From NCBI RefSeq assembly GCF_045106495.1, contig NZ_JBGCEQ010000031.1, positions 54,727-118,726 of the forward strand: 64,000 bases of DNA. Direction: 5' to 3'. Shown here one piece after another: positions 47,866-58,324 of the stretch (positions are counted from its first letter, which is position 1; the number at the start of each line of letters is the position of its first letter). This DNA is from Roseobacter sp. (GTDB taxonomy: Bacteria > Pseudomonadota > Alphaproteobacteria > Rhodobacterales > Rhodobacteraceae). The notes under the pieces were generated by a model that was not told the DNA's origin, searched no databases, and saw nothing but the letters and a program-made list of their open reading frames with translations. The position numbers and the translations under genes were made by a program.

Positions 47866-48559
47866 ACTATACTGCAAAACAAGGGCGATAGCGCAAAATA
47901 GAGTTGCTTGAGAGCTGCCAAGTCTTTGGGCGAAAACACTAAGTCTTCCGTCAACTTGGAAATCCGCCTTTAATCGCGATTTGGCAGGTTTTTCGTTCAA
48001 GGCTTTCTGACGTGCTGGATTATGTAGACGCCGAAACTGCTTCGACACCCGTGGAGTTTCCTGGATCAAAACGTACCTTTGCCGTGGGCGTCTGGGTACT
48101 TGGCGCGAAGTCTGCCGAATTAAAACTGCCGGAAGTGAACTTGGATCGGCAAACACTTTCTGGCGGTAATGCTACGCTACAAGCAACGTTTTGCATAAAA
48201 AAGTCCACGCCTTGGCAGTGTGTCGAAGGGATAACCGAATTTGGGTTTCCAGTGAGGATTTGTGAGACGTATGCTGTGTCTAGGCCAAATTTTTCTCACC
48301 CTCTGCTTGTTCTGGCCGTATCTGGGTGAGAATTCGTTTTGCTTTGTAATTTGTCTAGATTTAGCAGTCCGAAAAAAGGGTCGATGATAGCTTGTCTGAC
48401 ATCTGAGAGAAATCGTATCTCCGTTAGAATGCGGCGTGGATTTTAAATGCGTAGGACTCGTTTGCGCGTACGTGAAAGTTTTGGAACCGAAGTTCTAAAC
48501 ATGTCGTCTCTTGTTTTCCAGCCAATCATTGGCGGTTGGAAAGACCAGAAATTTGACCG

Positions 48560-50497
48560 TCAGCCGGCTTTGGCAGTCCCTTCGACGATTTCTGAACCAT
48601 GTTTTTGCAATGTGCTTAAAGGCTCGGGTCTACCATGCAGGTATCCTTGCAACACATCACATCCCAAAGTGGAAAGAAGCTGGGATTGCTCATGCGTTTC
48701 TACGCCTTCCGCGGTAATTTTCATGCCAAGTCGCGCGCCGAGCATCACGACAGTCTCGATGATTTCACGGGAGCGTTCAGGATTTTCGTCGAGTGCTGCG
48801 ACAAATGAGCGGTCAATCTTGAGCCGATCAAACCCGTACTTCCAAAGATAACTCAAACTGGAGAAGCCGGTTCCAAAATCATCCATTGCAATTGCGACAC
48901 CCATTTCCCTGAGCGTGTCGATCTGCATCTCAATCAACGGGCTGTCTTCCAGTAAAAGCGATTCCGTGATCTCCAGTTCAAGACGCTCGGTCGGGAAGCC
49001 TGTTTCCTGCACTGCATTTCGCACGATATTTACGAGTTCGCCGCTCTGGAATTGATTTGATGACAGATTGACGGCCAGCGTCGTTTCTTCGTGCATATCC
49101 ATCATATCCCGCATGGAGGTACGCATCACCCACGTTCCGATCTCGTCGATCAGACCGAGTTCTTCGGCCAAAGGAATGAACACGCAAGGCGAGATTGGTG
49201 TTCCGTCAACATGACTCAGTCGCAGCAACGCTTCGTAGCCAATGACTTCACAAGACTTGCCATCTACCAAAGGCTGATAGTGGATTTTAAAATCAGACGT
49301 TTGCGTGGCGTCGCGCAGTCTTTTTTCCAATGCGTGGCGCTCGCGAAGCTCTTCCCCCATTTCCGCTCCATAAACCGCAAAGTCATTTCGGCCCGCGGAC
49401 TTGACGTGATACAAAGCGGCGTCGGCGTTGCTAAGCACACGTTCCAGTGTTTCGCCTTTTTCAACTACAGCAAGTCCAGCACTCAGGGAGCCATTGAGTT
49501 TCACATTCAAGATATCCGTTTGTGCAGAAAAATCCCTCAATATCGCGCGCACCCTCAGCGCTGCTGCTTCTAAGTCGATATCTGAAAATGAAATAACAAA
49601 TTCGTCGCCGCCAAATCTGGCCAAAAGATCATCAGACCGACAGTTTTTGCGCAAAACCTGAGAGGTATGAACCAAAACTGCGTCGCCTACAGCATGACCG
49701 TAGGTGTCATTTACAGTCTTGAACCGATCCAAGTCGATGTAACAAACCACAGACAGACCGCCTTGCTCCAACAGTCGTTCGGACTGTTCAACGAATTCGC
49801 GACGGTTGAGCAAGCCGGTCAGGGGGTCGAAATGAGCAAGGAATTCCGCTGCTTTTCGCGAGCGATCAGAAACAATGCGTTGGAGCAGGAAAGCGCCAGC
49901 TGGAATCGCGAACAGCAAGGCACAAAAAGTTGTCAGCATGACACCAAAATTTTTGAAACTGTCGACGAAGTAGGATCGCGTTGAAGTCTGATCCACATAG
50001 ACTTCCACCACCCCTTTTACCGTGCCATCCGAGCTCAGCAGTGGAATATAAGCTTCGGCGTATATGTCCGGGCGATCGGGTTTTTGTGATCCATCATATA
50101 CGTCCACAATCGGCTTTCCTGTTCGCGCGACCTGCGAAGGTTCAGGGTCAACCAAATCTGAAAGGCCGCCTGGCCCTGAAATATTTGCGTCGTCGGACAC
50201 CAGAGACAGCCTACCGTCCGCCGTAAAAAGTTTGAATCTGAAGATATCGCCCACGTTGCGGATTTCACGAATGATGCGCTGCTGTTGATCAGTCGGAATC
50301 CCGGTTGCGACCAGTGTGTCAAGATCTGGGACACGGGATGCCATGAAGTCCCCCCAGTTTTCTGCTTTGTCGACTGCCTCGCGGACCACCGCGCGTTCGA
50401 CAGCATGGTTCAGACCTCGGACTGCAATGACGGAGATAGCTCCGAGCGCAAGAATCCCAACCAATATGAATTTGAAATATAGGTTCATCAATAACAC
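48560..50497 (-). CDS. membrane sensor GGDEF-EAL protein (diguanylate cyclase/phosphodiesterase)
   Basis: A TM helix, a periplasmic segment of about 170 aa, and a second TM helix. Then an intact GGDEF (…RFGGDEFV…) and EAL (…YEALLRL…, …DDFGTGFSSL…, …KIDRSF…). Confidence 0.9.
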   Translation of the reverse strand: MLLMNLYFKFILVGILALGAISVIAVRGLNHAVERAVVREAVDKAENWGDFMASRVPDLDTLVATGIPTDQQQRIIREIRNVGDIFRFKLFTADGRLSLVSDDANISGPGGLSDLVDPEPSQVARTGKPIVDVYDGSQKPDRPDIYAEAYIPLLSSDGTVKGVVEVYVDQTSTRSYFVDSFKNFGVMLTTFCALLFAIPAGAFLLQRIVSDRSRKAAEFLAHFDPLTGLLNRREFVEQSERLLEQGGLSVVCYIDLDRFKTVNDTYGHAVGDAVLVHTSQVLRKNCRSDDLLARFGGDEFVISFSDIDLEAAALRVRAILRDFSAQTDILNVKLNGSLSAGLAVVEKGETLERVLSNADAALYHVKSAGRNDFAVYGAEMGEELRERHALEKRLRDATQTSDFKIHYQPLVDGKSCEVIGYEALLRLSHVDGTPISPCVFIPLAEELGLIDEIGTWVMRTSMRDMMDMHEETTLAVNLSSNQFQSGELVNIVRNAVQETGFPTERLELEITESLLLEDSPLIEMQIDTLREMGVAIAMDDFGTGFSSLSYLWKYGFDRLKIDRSFVAALDENPERSREIIETVVMLGARLGMKITAEGVETHEQSQLLSTLGCDVLQGYLHGRPEPLSTLQKHGSEIVEGTAKAG

Positions 50498-51155
50498 TCC
50501 CTCGTCAGAAGTCGTTGTATTGAAAGCACTCTAAAATAATCTAAACCAGACGCGGGTGTTACCGAAGAATTTCCACTCAGTGTATAAAAAAATTAGCCGC
50601 AATTGACATAAAACTTCGCGGAGATCTTCTACAAATGGCAATATCTATCGGGTCCTCTTTCGCCTTGGTAAGCTCCAAGAAAGTGCGGATTTATGGATTT
50701 TACCGCCGAGCTCTGGCGCGCAACACAAAAGACGAAGTCGTAAGGAAGGATCGAGTGGAATGAGGTGACTGTTTCCTGAAGATCGACGGACGAGCAGCAA
50801 AACAACGCTTTTTCAAGCCGAATACTCTGTGGAAACTCTCAGCCTTTTTTGCGATACTTTTTGAATCTCTCAAGTGGAATTCCGGCGACCACTCCCCTAG
50901 TTGCGAATTGGGCATGTTGAAACAGATGGCACTATCTAGCTTCCAATTTGTTGCGCGCCACAGCCCAAAATCGCGCTATGAACCTAGCCTGGAAATCGCA
51001 TGCCAAATGGCCAAGCCATGGTCTTGGGCGGTGTTGCTTGCTTTGTGGCCCATATTTCACACGTTCAAAGCTAGGGTTTTCCGTGACGCAGGAGGGTTAT
51101 TCACGACTCTGCAAACAGCCCACAACGCGGGTTTGCCGTCTTTAATGCGACCGAA

Positions 51156-52496
51156 CTAATAACTCCGTCCGGTACCCGACAATACGGAGAAGAATGTTGC
51201 TTCGAGTTTTTCAACCAATTCACTGGAGTGTTGTTCAGAAAACGTGAATGCCGGAGCCAGCAAAACATGATCACCTGTTTTTCCGTCCCGTGTTCCGCTC
51301 ATCGGGTAGCAAATGAGACCTGCTTCAAAAGCAGCTTTCTTGACCTTGGCCGCAATCCCAAGGCCTGGTTCAAAAGGCGTTTTGGTTTCCCGGTCTTTTA
51401 CGATCTCAAGGCCAATGAACATGCCACGCCCTCGGATGTCACCAATGTATGGATTTTGCCCAAATGCACCGTTGAGCGCAGCAAAGAGCTGGGCTGAACG
51501 TGTGTTTGCAGCTTTCAGCAACTTTCGATCCAGAATGGCATTCACCACCGCTAATCCGGCGGCACATGCCACGGGATGTGCAAGATATGTGTGACCATGT
51601 TGGAAAAACCCAGTCCCTGAGCCAATCGTGTCATAGATCGTTTTGGAGCACAGCATCGCGCCAATGGGTTGATATCCGGCACCTAGGCCTTTTGCGATGC
51701 ACAAAATATCCGGCGAGATACCTTCGGCGTCGCAAGCGAACAAATGACCGGTGCGACCCATTCCGCACATGACTTCATCGAGGATTAAAAGAACGCCATA
51801 GGTGTCGCAGATATTCCGAATACGCTTGAAATACCCTTCGACCGCAGGCACGGCGCCCATCGTTGCCCCGACAACGGGTTCTGCGACAAAGGCCATAACC
51901 TTGTCAGGTCCGAGCCGTAGTATCTCATCCTCAAGCTCTTGCGCCGCGCGTTGGCCGTAGTCGACGGCGGTCTCATCCGCCTTCCGGTCCACGTATTCAT
52001 AGCAGGGCGAAATGTGGGTTACATCAATAAGAATGGGTTCGAATTGCGCGCGCCGCCATTGGTTTCCGCCAACGGCCAAAGCGCCGAGTGTGTTGCCGTG
52101 ATAGCTTTGGCGCCGCGCGATAATGTGGCGGCGTTGAGGCTCGCCGTTTTCGACATGGAATTGGCGGGCAAGCTTAATTGCGGCTTCGACGGCTTCTGAA
52201 CCTCCGGACACAAAATACACGCGGTCCAAACCGGCGGGCGCATGTTTGATCAACAGATCAGCCAATTCTTCCGCAGGCGCGCTGGTGAAAAAACCAGTGT
52301 GCGCAAAGGCTAGTGCCTCTGTTTGTTGTTTGATGGCTTCAATGATCTGCACGTCACCGTGCCCCAAACAAGAGACCGCTGCACCGCCCGATCCGTCAAG
52401 GTAATGTTTGCCGTCTTCACCAATGATATAGCAGCCTTCGCTTGCAACCGCCTTTATCGGTGGTGCGTTGATTTGGCGGGGGAATACATGGCTCAT
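51156..52496 (-). CDS. class-III (omega) aminotransferase
   Basis: 446 aa with …LILDEVMCGMGRTGHLFA… and a PLP-Lys context …ILCIAKGLGAGYQP…. Confidence 0.9.
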   Translation of the reverse strand: MSHVFPRQINAPPIKAVASEGCYIIGEDGKHYLDGSGGAAVSCLGHGDVQIIEAIKQQTEALAFAHTGFFTSAPAEELADLLIKHAPAGLDRVYFVSGGSEAVEAAIKLARQFHVENGEPQRRHIIARRQSYHGNTLGALAVGGNQWRRAQFEPILIDVTHISPCYEYVDRKADETAVDYGQRAAQELEDEILRLGPDKVMAFVAEPVVGATMGAVPAVEGYFKRIRNICDTYGVLLILDEVMCGMGRTGHLFACDAEGISPDILCIAKGLGAGYQPIGAMLCSKTIYDTIGSGTGFFQHGHTYLAHPVACAAGLAVVNAILDRKLLKAANTRSAQLFAALNGAFGQNPYIGDIRGRGMFIGLEIVKDRETKTPFEPGLGIAAKVKKAAFEAGLICYPMSGTRDGKTGDHVLLAPAFTFSEQHSSELVEKLEATFFSVLSGTGRSY

Positions 52497-52875
52497 GATA
52501 AGACCTGACTGAATCCAAGACCTGTTTTGACTGCCGCTTCCCAGAAAGGTTTAAACAGTGATTTCGTTGGAAATTTTGCCGCCTGATGCAACGTGGTTGT
52601 TACAAGTTCTACAGACGTATCCCTCTTGCGATGCACGGCGACATGCAGGCAAATTATTGCGAACGCAGTTTGAGCAACGAAGACAGCAAAGTGATGGTCC
52701 TCGATGAGCACCTGGCCCTTGGGAGTAGCATTCAATTTCAATGGGCCATCCCGCAGATTTCTCCAAGACTGTACCGCGATTAACGCATGCCCAATTCATT
52801 CACTGCGAATTACGTTGGAAGTCAATCGCCTCAGAAAATAACGTATGTTATTTATGCGTGAAGGAGCCGATTCGT

Positions 52876-53763
52876 ATGGACCCAACGTTAAAAGCAGAAA
52901 CGACGGCTGCGCTTAAACAGAGTATTCCGCAGTATTCTCCACAAATGAAAAGGGCTGCGAAATACATTGTCGATCAACCAGCGGCCTTTGGTTTGGACCC
53001 CATTCGCGAAACGGCGCGAAAGGCGCAGGTGAGTACATATACCTTTGTAAAAATAGCAAAAAATCTTGGTTTTTCTAGTTATGAGGAGCTAAGACAGCCT
53101 TTTCGACACGCTCTTTTGTCTTCGACAGACGTGCAATCGGACGCGGACTGGCTGCAAGATTTGCGCGCGCAGCCAGAATTTGGTCCGGTTTATGCCAATG
53201 CTGCGCAAAATGCCGTGGCTATCGTCGCGCGGTCATTGGAACGACAGCAATTGCACGAGCTTGAACAGATCGCGGACATGCTCTTTTCAGCAAATTCCGT
53301 ATATCTGACGGCTGTGCGGTCCAGCTATGCTATTGCTTACTACTTGCACTATGTGGGCCGCATGGCGCTACCGCAGTTGCAACTGATCCCGCGTCATCGC
53401 AACAGTGCGATCGATGATCTCAATGATGCGACTGACCGCGATGTCCTGATCGCGATCACTGTGACGCCTTATTCTCGCGAAACCATCGAAGCCTGCGCTT
53501 TTGCCAAGAAGAAAGGCGTTAAGCTTCTCTTAATAACTGATTCAGAGGTGGTTTCGCCGGAACTGGTCCCGGAGCATACAGTGGTAGCTTCAGTACTCAG
53601 CACGCACAACTTTGGCTGTTTGTCGGGTATGATGGCCGTGGTCGACCTTCTTATCGCTTTCCTGATGAAACGTGGTGGCGCCGCCGCGCATGACCGAATC
53701 AAATCCTATGAAAAAGTCCGGATTGAAAGTAACGCCTACTGGGTCAAGCAAGAAAAACATTAG
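52876..53763 (+). CDS. MurR/RpiR family transcriptional regulator (HTH + SIS domain)
   Basis: The ATG at 52876 follows AAGGAG. It has an HTH_6-like N-terminus (…MKRAAKYIVDQP…) and a SIS-like C-terminus. Confidence 0.85.
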   Translation: MDPTLKAETTAALKQSIPQYSPQMKRAAKYIVDQPAAFGLDPIRETARKAQVSTYTFVKIAKNLGFSSYEELRQPFRHALLSSTDVQSDADWLQDLRAQPEFGPVYANAAQNAVAIVARSLERQQLHELEQIADMLFSANSVYLTAVRSSYAIAYYLHYVGRMALPQLQLIPRHRNSAIDDLNDATDRDVLIAITVTPYSRETIEACAFAKKKGVKLLLITDSEVVSPELVPEHTVVASVLSTHNFGCLSGMMAVVDLLIAFLMKRGGAAAHDRIKSYEKVRIESNAYWVKQEKH

Positions 53764-53844
53764 TTTTTACGTGACATCCTGAGAAACTTCTAAGACCTTC
53801 TCGCGTAGGAGGCGCATCAATGCGTCCAGTCAAGGGAGTTATCC

Positions 53845-54816
53845 ATGAAAAAGACCAACCTGGTTGGCGGCATGATTGCCGCAGTAACAATTGCATTTGG
53901 CAGCGCTGCCACAGCGCAAGATCAGCAGTTCATTTCCATCGGGACAGGCGGCGTAACGGGCGTTTACTATCCCACTGGAGGTGCGATCTGCCGATTGGTC
54001 AATCGCGACCGCAAAGAACACGGCATCCGTTGTGCAGTCGAATCCACTGGCGGATCGGTATACAACATCAATACCATCAAAGCCGGAGAGCTTGAGTTTG
54101 GTGTAGCCCAGTCCGATTGGCAGTACCACGCTTTTAACGGCACATCCAAGTTTGAAGAAAACCCGTTCCCCGATGTGCGCGCGATGTTCTCCGTTCACCC
54201 GGAGCCTTTCACCCTGATCGTACGGGCCGGCAGTGGCATTTCGTCGTTCGAAGATCTGGCTGGCAAGCGCGTAAATGTAGGCAACCCGGGTTCTGGTCAG
54301 CGCGCGACCATGGAAGTCGTCATGGACGCCTATGGCATGACAATGGACAGCTTTGCGCTCGCAACCGAGTATAAAGGGTCTGAAATGGCCAAGCAGATCT
54401 GCGACGACAATATCGACGCTATGATCTACACAATTGGTCACCCCGCAGCGGCGATCAAAGAAGCCTCCACAACATGTGATGTGCAACTTGTTTCTGTCTC
54501 CGGCGATGCAATCGATGCGCTGGTCGCAGAAAACCCATATTACCGCGTCGCAACAATTCCGGGTGGCATGTACGCAGGCACAGATGAAGACACGACAACA
54601 TTTGGTGTTGGTGCGACGTTTGTAACATCCGCAGATGTTTCGGACGATGTGGCTTATGTTGTTGCCAAGGCGGTTCTGTCCAATCTGGATGACTTCCGCG
54701 GCTTGCACCCAGCATTTGCGAACCTTGATGCATCACAGATGATCAGCGATGGGCTGTCGGCACCCCTGCATCCTGGTGCGGAGCGAGCCTACAAAGAGCT
54801 GGGTCTGATGGAATAA
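53845..54816 (+). CDS. TAXI-family TRAP transporter solute receptor
   Basis: Signal peptide followed by …ISIGTGGVTGVYYPTGGAIC…, typical of TAXI receptors. Confidence 0.9.
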   Translation: MKKTNLVGGMIAAVTIAFGSAATAQDQQFISIGTGGVTGVYYPTGGAICRLVNRDRKEHGIRCAVESTGGSVYNINTIKAGELEFGVAQSDWQYHAFNGTSKFEENPFPDVRAMFSVHPEPFTLIVRAGSGISSFEDLAGKRVNVGNPGSGQRATMEVVMDAYGMTMDSFALATEYKGSEMAKQICDDNIDAMIYTIGHPAAAIKEASTTCDVQLVSVSGDAIDALVAENPYYRVATIPGGMYAGTDEDTTTFGVGATFVTSADVSDDVAYVVAKAVLSNLDDFRGLHPAFANLDASQMISDGLSAPLHPGAERAYKELGLME

Positions 54817-54845
54817 TCGGCATCCCGTGATGTCTTGAAAAATCG

Positions 54846-54880
54846 ACGCCAGCGTACCCAAGCGGTGCGCTGGCGTTTTT
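54846..54880 (+). terminator. intra-operon hairpin with T-run between the TAXI receptor and the permease
   Basis: ACGCCAGCG (54846-54) pairs with CGCTGGCGT (54868-76). It is followed by TTTT. Confidence 0.7.
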
Positions 54881-54911
54881 GACTAGGTGAATTGCGACCC
54901 GGGGGCACGGA

Positions 54912-57557
54912 ATGAACGACACCACATCCAGATCAGCAGAAGACATGGTGGCCGAGGCCGACACAGGTGCGCGTAACGCCGGACCTTTTGCGGCCAACCT
55001 CATATTCGGACTGTGCATCGCATGGTCGATTTTCCAGCTATACATCGCCTCAAAAGTCCCCGGCGTTCTGGCTCAAGCCACAGGCATCAGCGGTTTCGCC
55101 AACATCGTGGCGCAAGCCCGATTTGTGCACCTTGCTTTTGCGATTGCGCTGGCAACACTTGCTTTTCCAATGTTCGGCCACCGAAACCGCATCCCATGGT
55201 ATGATTGGGTTTTGGTCCTGTTGGGTGTGGGTGCCTGTCTTTATCTGGTGGTGTTCCGGTTCGAAATTGCCGACCGCCCCGGACTCTGGAGTGCGTCTGA
55301 CATCGTGATGTCAGCCATAGGTATGTCGGTTTTGATGGTTGCGGTCTTCCGATCTCTCGGCTTGCCTCTCGTCATTATTGCCTCTGCATTTCTCGCGCTT
55401 GCATTCTTTGGCGGATACTCCGCTTGGATTGGCAGCATCACCAACTACGGCGGCGCATCTTTCAGCAAGGCAATGGGCCACTATTGGATGCAAACCGAGG
55501 GGGTCTTTGGTGTCGCGTTGGGCGTGTCCACCTCCATGATCTTTTTATTCGTGTTGTTTGGCGCCCTGCTGGAAAAAGCGGGAGGCGGGAACTGGTTCAT
55601 CAAAGTCGCGATCGCGCTGTTGGGCGCTTTACGTGGCGGACCGGCGAAGGCCGCTGTTTTGTCATCGATGATGACGGGTATGATTTCGGGCTCCTCGATT
55701 GCTAACACAGTGACCACAGGTACGTTTACCATTCCGCTGATGAAGCGGATCGGTTTTTCGGCAGAAAAGGCCGGCGCTGTGGAAGTCGCCTCATCAACCA
55801 ATGGCCAGTTGACCCCGCCCGTGATGGGGGCGGCGGCCTTTCTCATGGTGGAATACGTCAACATTCCCTACATCGAAGTCGTCAAGCACGCCTTCTTGCC
55901 TGCTGTGATTTCCTATATCGCGCTGCTCTACATCGTACACTTGGAAAGCTTGAAGCTGGGGCTTCAGGGATTGAAGAAGCCAGGGCGACACATTGGTGTT
56001 GTAATGATCATGATCCTGTTTCTCACAGGCTTCTTTACGATGGCCGCCTTGACCATGTTGGTAATCGGTTTCCGTGCCGTGCTAGAACCCTTTATGCCGG
56101 GCGCCACAATCTATCCTGCGCTGGCTTTGCTTGCTGTGGCGTATCTTGTGCTGCTGTTTGTGGCATCGCGTTTCCCCGATGTGGTACCTGATGATCCAAA
56201 CTCCCAAGTCGTGGAAGCACCGCGCTTGACCCCAACGTTTTGGGGCGGCGCGTACTATGCATTGCCGATCTTTGTGCTTGTCTGGAACCTGATGGTACGG
56301 ACCGATACACTCGATCGACTGTCGCCCGCGCTTTCTGCATTCTGGGCGACCATTGTCATGATCATTGTGGCTCTGACGCACCGGCCTATAAAACAGATGA
56401 TGCGGGGGGCAACCCACCGGCATCTTGCAGCATCACCCACTGGCAATACCTTCGGCACAGCCGTCCGAGATTTTGTGGCCGGACTGGAAAGTGGCGCGCG
56501 CAACATGATCGGCATCGGTGTCGCGACGGGTGCTGCTGGTATCATCGTCGGCACGATTTCTCTGACGGGTGCACACCAAATCATTGGTCAAGTAATTGAG
56601 GCCATCGCCGGGGGCAACCTGATCATATTGCTTCTGCTGGTTGCGGTCCTGTCCTTGATCCTTGGTATGGGTTTGCCAACAACCGCCAATTATATCGTTG
56701 TGTCGTCCCTTATGGCACCGGTTATCGTCAGCGTGGGTGCCCAGTCCGGGTTGATCGTGCCGCTGATCGCGGTCCACCTCTTTGTTTTCTATTTTGGTAT
56801 CCTGGCCGATGACACGCCACCCGTGGGACTGGCCGCTTACGCGGCCGCGGCGATTTCGCGCGGCGACCCGATTAAGACGGGCATCGTAGGCTTCAGCTAT
56901 GACATCAGAACCGCCTTGTTGCCATTCATGTTCATCTTCAACACGGATCTGCTACTGATCGACGTAGGGCCTGGCAAAGCCGTTATGGTCTTCTTCATCT
57001 CGCTGATCGCCATGCTTGTCTTTGCTGCCGTCACCCAAGGTTACTTCATCGCCAAGACGCGCAAGTGGGAAGCCGTCGTTATGATGCTTGTTGTGTTCAT
57101 GCTGTTCCGACCAGACTTTTTCCTGGACCAATGGCAGGATAAATACACTGAAACGACCGGACCCGCTGCACTAACCGCTCTCGAAGAATTACCGATTGGA
57201 GCGACCGCACGGCTGCGCATATCTGCCCCAGATTTCGATACTGGCATCGTCGGCACGACGACTGTGACTTTGACGCCAGAAGCGGAGGGCAGTGGTTCAG
57301 AGCGGCTGGACGCTGTTGGTCTGACGGTGATCGAAGACGGTGATATTCTCACGTTGGATGAACCCTTTCCAGGGACGCCCTATTTCGATCAATTGGCAAA
57401 TGACTACGATTTCTATGGTGATGAACCTGCACAGATTGAAGCCGTTGCCATTGAGAACGAGCGCATGGCAAAGGAAATCTTCTTCATCCCTGCACTGCTT
57501 CTTCTCCTCATGATCGTTGCAATCCAACGCCCACGCGCAACACAACCTGCATTCTAA
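54912..57557 (+). CDS. TRAP transporter fused permease (TAXI-type, DctQ-DctM fusion with C-terminal extra domain)
   Basis: 881-aa polytopic protein. A soluble segment near the C-terminus is followed by a last TM helix, as in fused TAXI permeases. Confidence 0.9.
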   Translation: MNDTTSRSAEDMVAEADTGARNAGPFAANLIFGLCIAWSIFQLYIASKVPGVLAQATGISGFANIVAQARFVHLAFAIALATLAFPMFGHRNRIPWYDWVLVLLGVGACLYLVVFRFEIADRPGLWSASDIVMSAIGMSVLMVAVFRSLGLPLVIIASAFLALAFFGGYSAWIGSITNYGGASFSKAMGHYWMQTEGVFGVALGVSTSMIFLFVLFGALLEKAGGGNWFIKVAIALLGALRGGPAKAAVLSSMMTGMISGSSIANTVTTGTFTIPLMKRIGFSAEKAGAVEVASSTNGQLTPPVMGAAAFLMVEYVNIPYIEVVKHAFLPAVISYIALLYIVHLESLKLGLQGLKKPGRHIGVVMIMILFLTGFFTMAALTMLVIGFRAVLEPFMPGATIYPALALLAVAYLVLLFVASRFPDVVPDDPNSQVVEAPRLTPTFWGGAYYALPIFVLVWNLMVRTDTLDRLSPALSAFWATIVMIIVALTHRPIKQMMRGATHRHLAASPTGNTFGTAVRDFVAGLESGARNMIGIGVATGAAGIIVGTISLTGAHQIIGQVIEAIAGGNLIILLLLVAVLSLILGMGLPTTANYIVVSSLMAPVIVSVGAQSGLIVPLIAVHLFVFYFGILADDTPPVGLAAYAAAAISRGDPIKTGIVGFSYDIRTALLPFMFIFNTDLLLIDVGPGKAVMVFFISLIAMLVFAAVTQGYFIAKTRKWEAVVMMLVVFMLFRPDFFLDQWQDKYTETTGPAALTALEELPIGATARLRISAPDFDTGIVGTTTVTLTPEAEGSGSERLDAVGLTVIEDGDILTLDEPFPGTPYFDQLANDYDFYGDEPAQIEAVAIENERMAKEIFFIPALLLLLMIVAIQRPRATQPAF

Positions 57558-57569
57558 CGGGAGTTTCGA

Positions 57570-57986
57570 ATGTTTAAGAAAGTCCTGATCCCTGTCGACA
57601 CATCTGTCAGCGATGACACGCAGCATCTGTTGCAAGCGGCAAAATATTTGACGGAGAACTGGTCATGTGAACGCCATGTCATCACCGTCATTCCTGACTT
57701 TGGAATGCCTATTGTCGGCTCATTCTTTGACGACAATTTTGAGGCAGAAAACCGAAAGTCGGTTGAAACGGCACTGGCAGAAGCAATTGTATCGTCAGGC
57801 ATTGAGGCCGAGCAGAGTGTTCTGTCGGGAAAGGTCTACGACTGTGTCATCGCACATGCATCCAGGCTTGATGCTGATCTGATCATCATCGGTGCGCATC
57901 AACCGGAACTACGTGAGTATTTGCTTGGTTCAAACGCCGCGCGCGTGGTTAGGCATTCAAATAGATCAGTGCTTGTTTTGCGTTAA
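57570..57986 (+). CDS. universal stress protein (UspA family)
   Basis: 138 aa with …KKVLIPVD… at the N-terminus and …GSNAARVVRHSNRSVLVL… at the C-terminus. Confidence 0.85.
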   Translation: MFKKVLIPVDTSVSDDTQHLLQAAKYLTENWSCERHVITVIPDFGMPIVGSFFDDNFEAENRKSVETALAEAIVSSGIEAEQSVLSGKVYDCVIAHASRLDADLIIIGAHQPELREYLLGSNAARVVRHSNRSVLVLR

Positions 57987-58324
57987 TTGGAACGATCCCA
58001 ACCCACCGGATTTGTTGTGTGTTCGCTTAGGTCACGATCGCCGTTTCTTCTGGCGTTGGTTTCTTGGCCTAGGGACGTACCAAACGCTTCTCCCCACGCT
58101 CTGGTTTGATCATCGTTGGAATGCAGCGATTTCTTTACGGGTTGTAGATCAGATGTGCGGAAACATGAGCGGCTTGACGACCAAAGCACCTTGCAAGTGG
58201 GCCCCGTGGATACGGCGTCTAATCCAAACTAAAGAATAACACGTATACTGATAAATTGCTGCTAAGAAGACGCCGACGCATTATCTTGAACGCGTGCTTT
58301 TTTAGTCATTTGATTGGGTTGCCG

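Noticed and set aside
48012-48329. A 105-aa ORF (GTG start) in the boxR / GGDEF-EAL spacer.
   Set aside because: It has no RBS and no recognisable domain, and it sits in an AT-richer non-coding-looking region. It cannot be supported without conservation data.
50700-50915. A 71-aa minus-strand ORF (…GEWSPEFHLRDSKSIAKKAE…) that faintly resembles the C-terminus of IS5-family transposases.
   Set aside because: The spacing of the supposedly conserved residues does not align. There are no flanking inverted repeats or target duplications. I treat it as chance.
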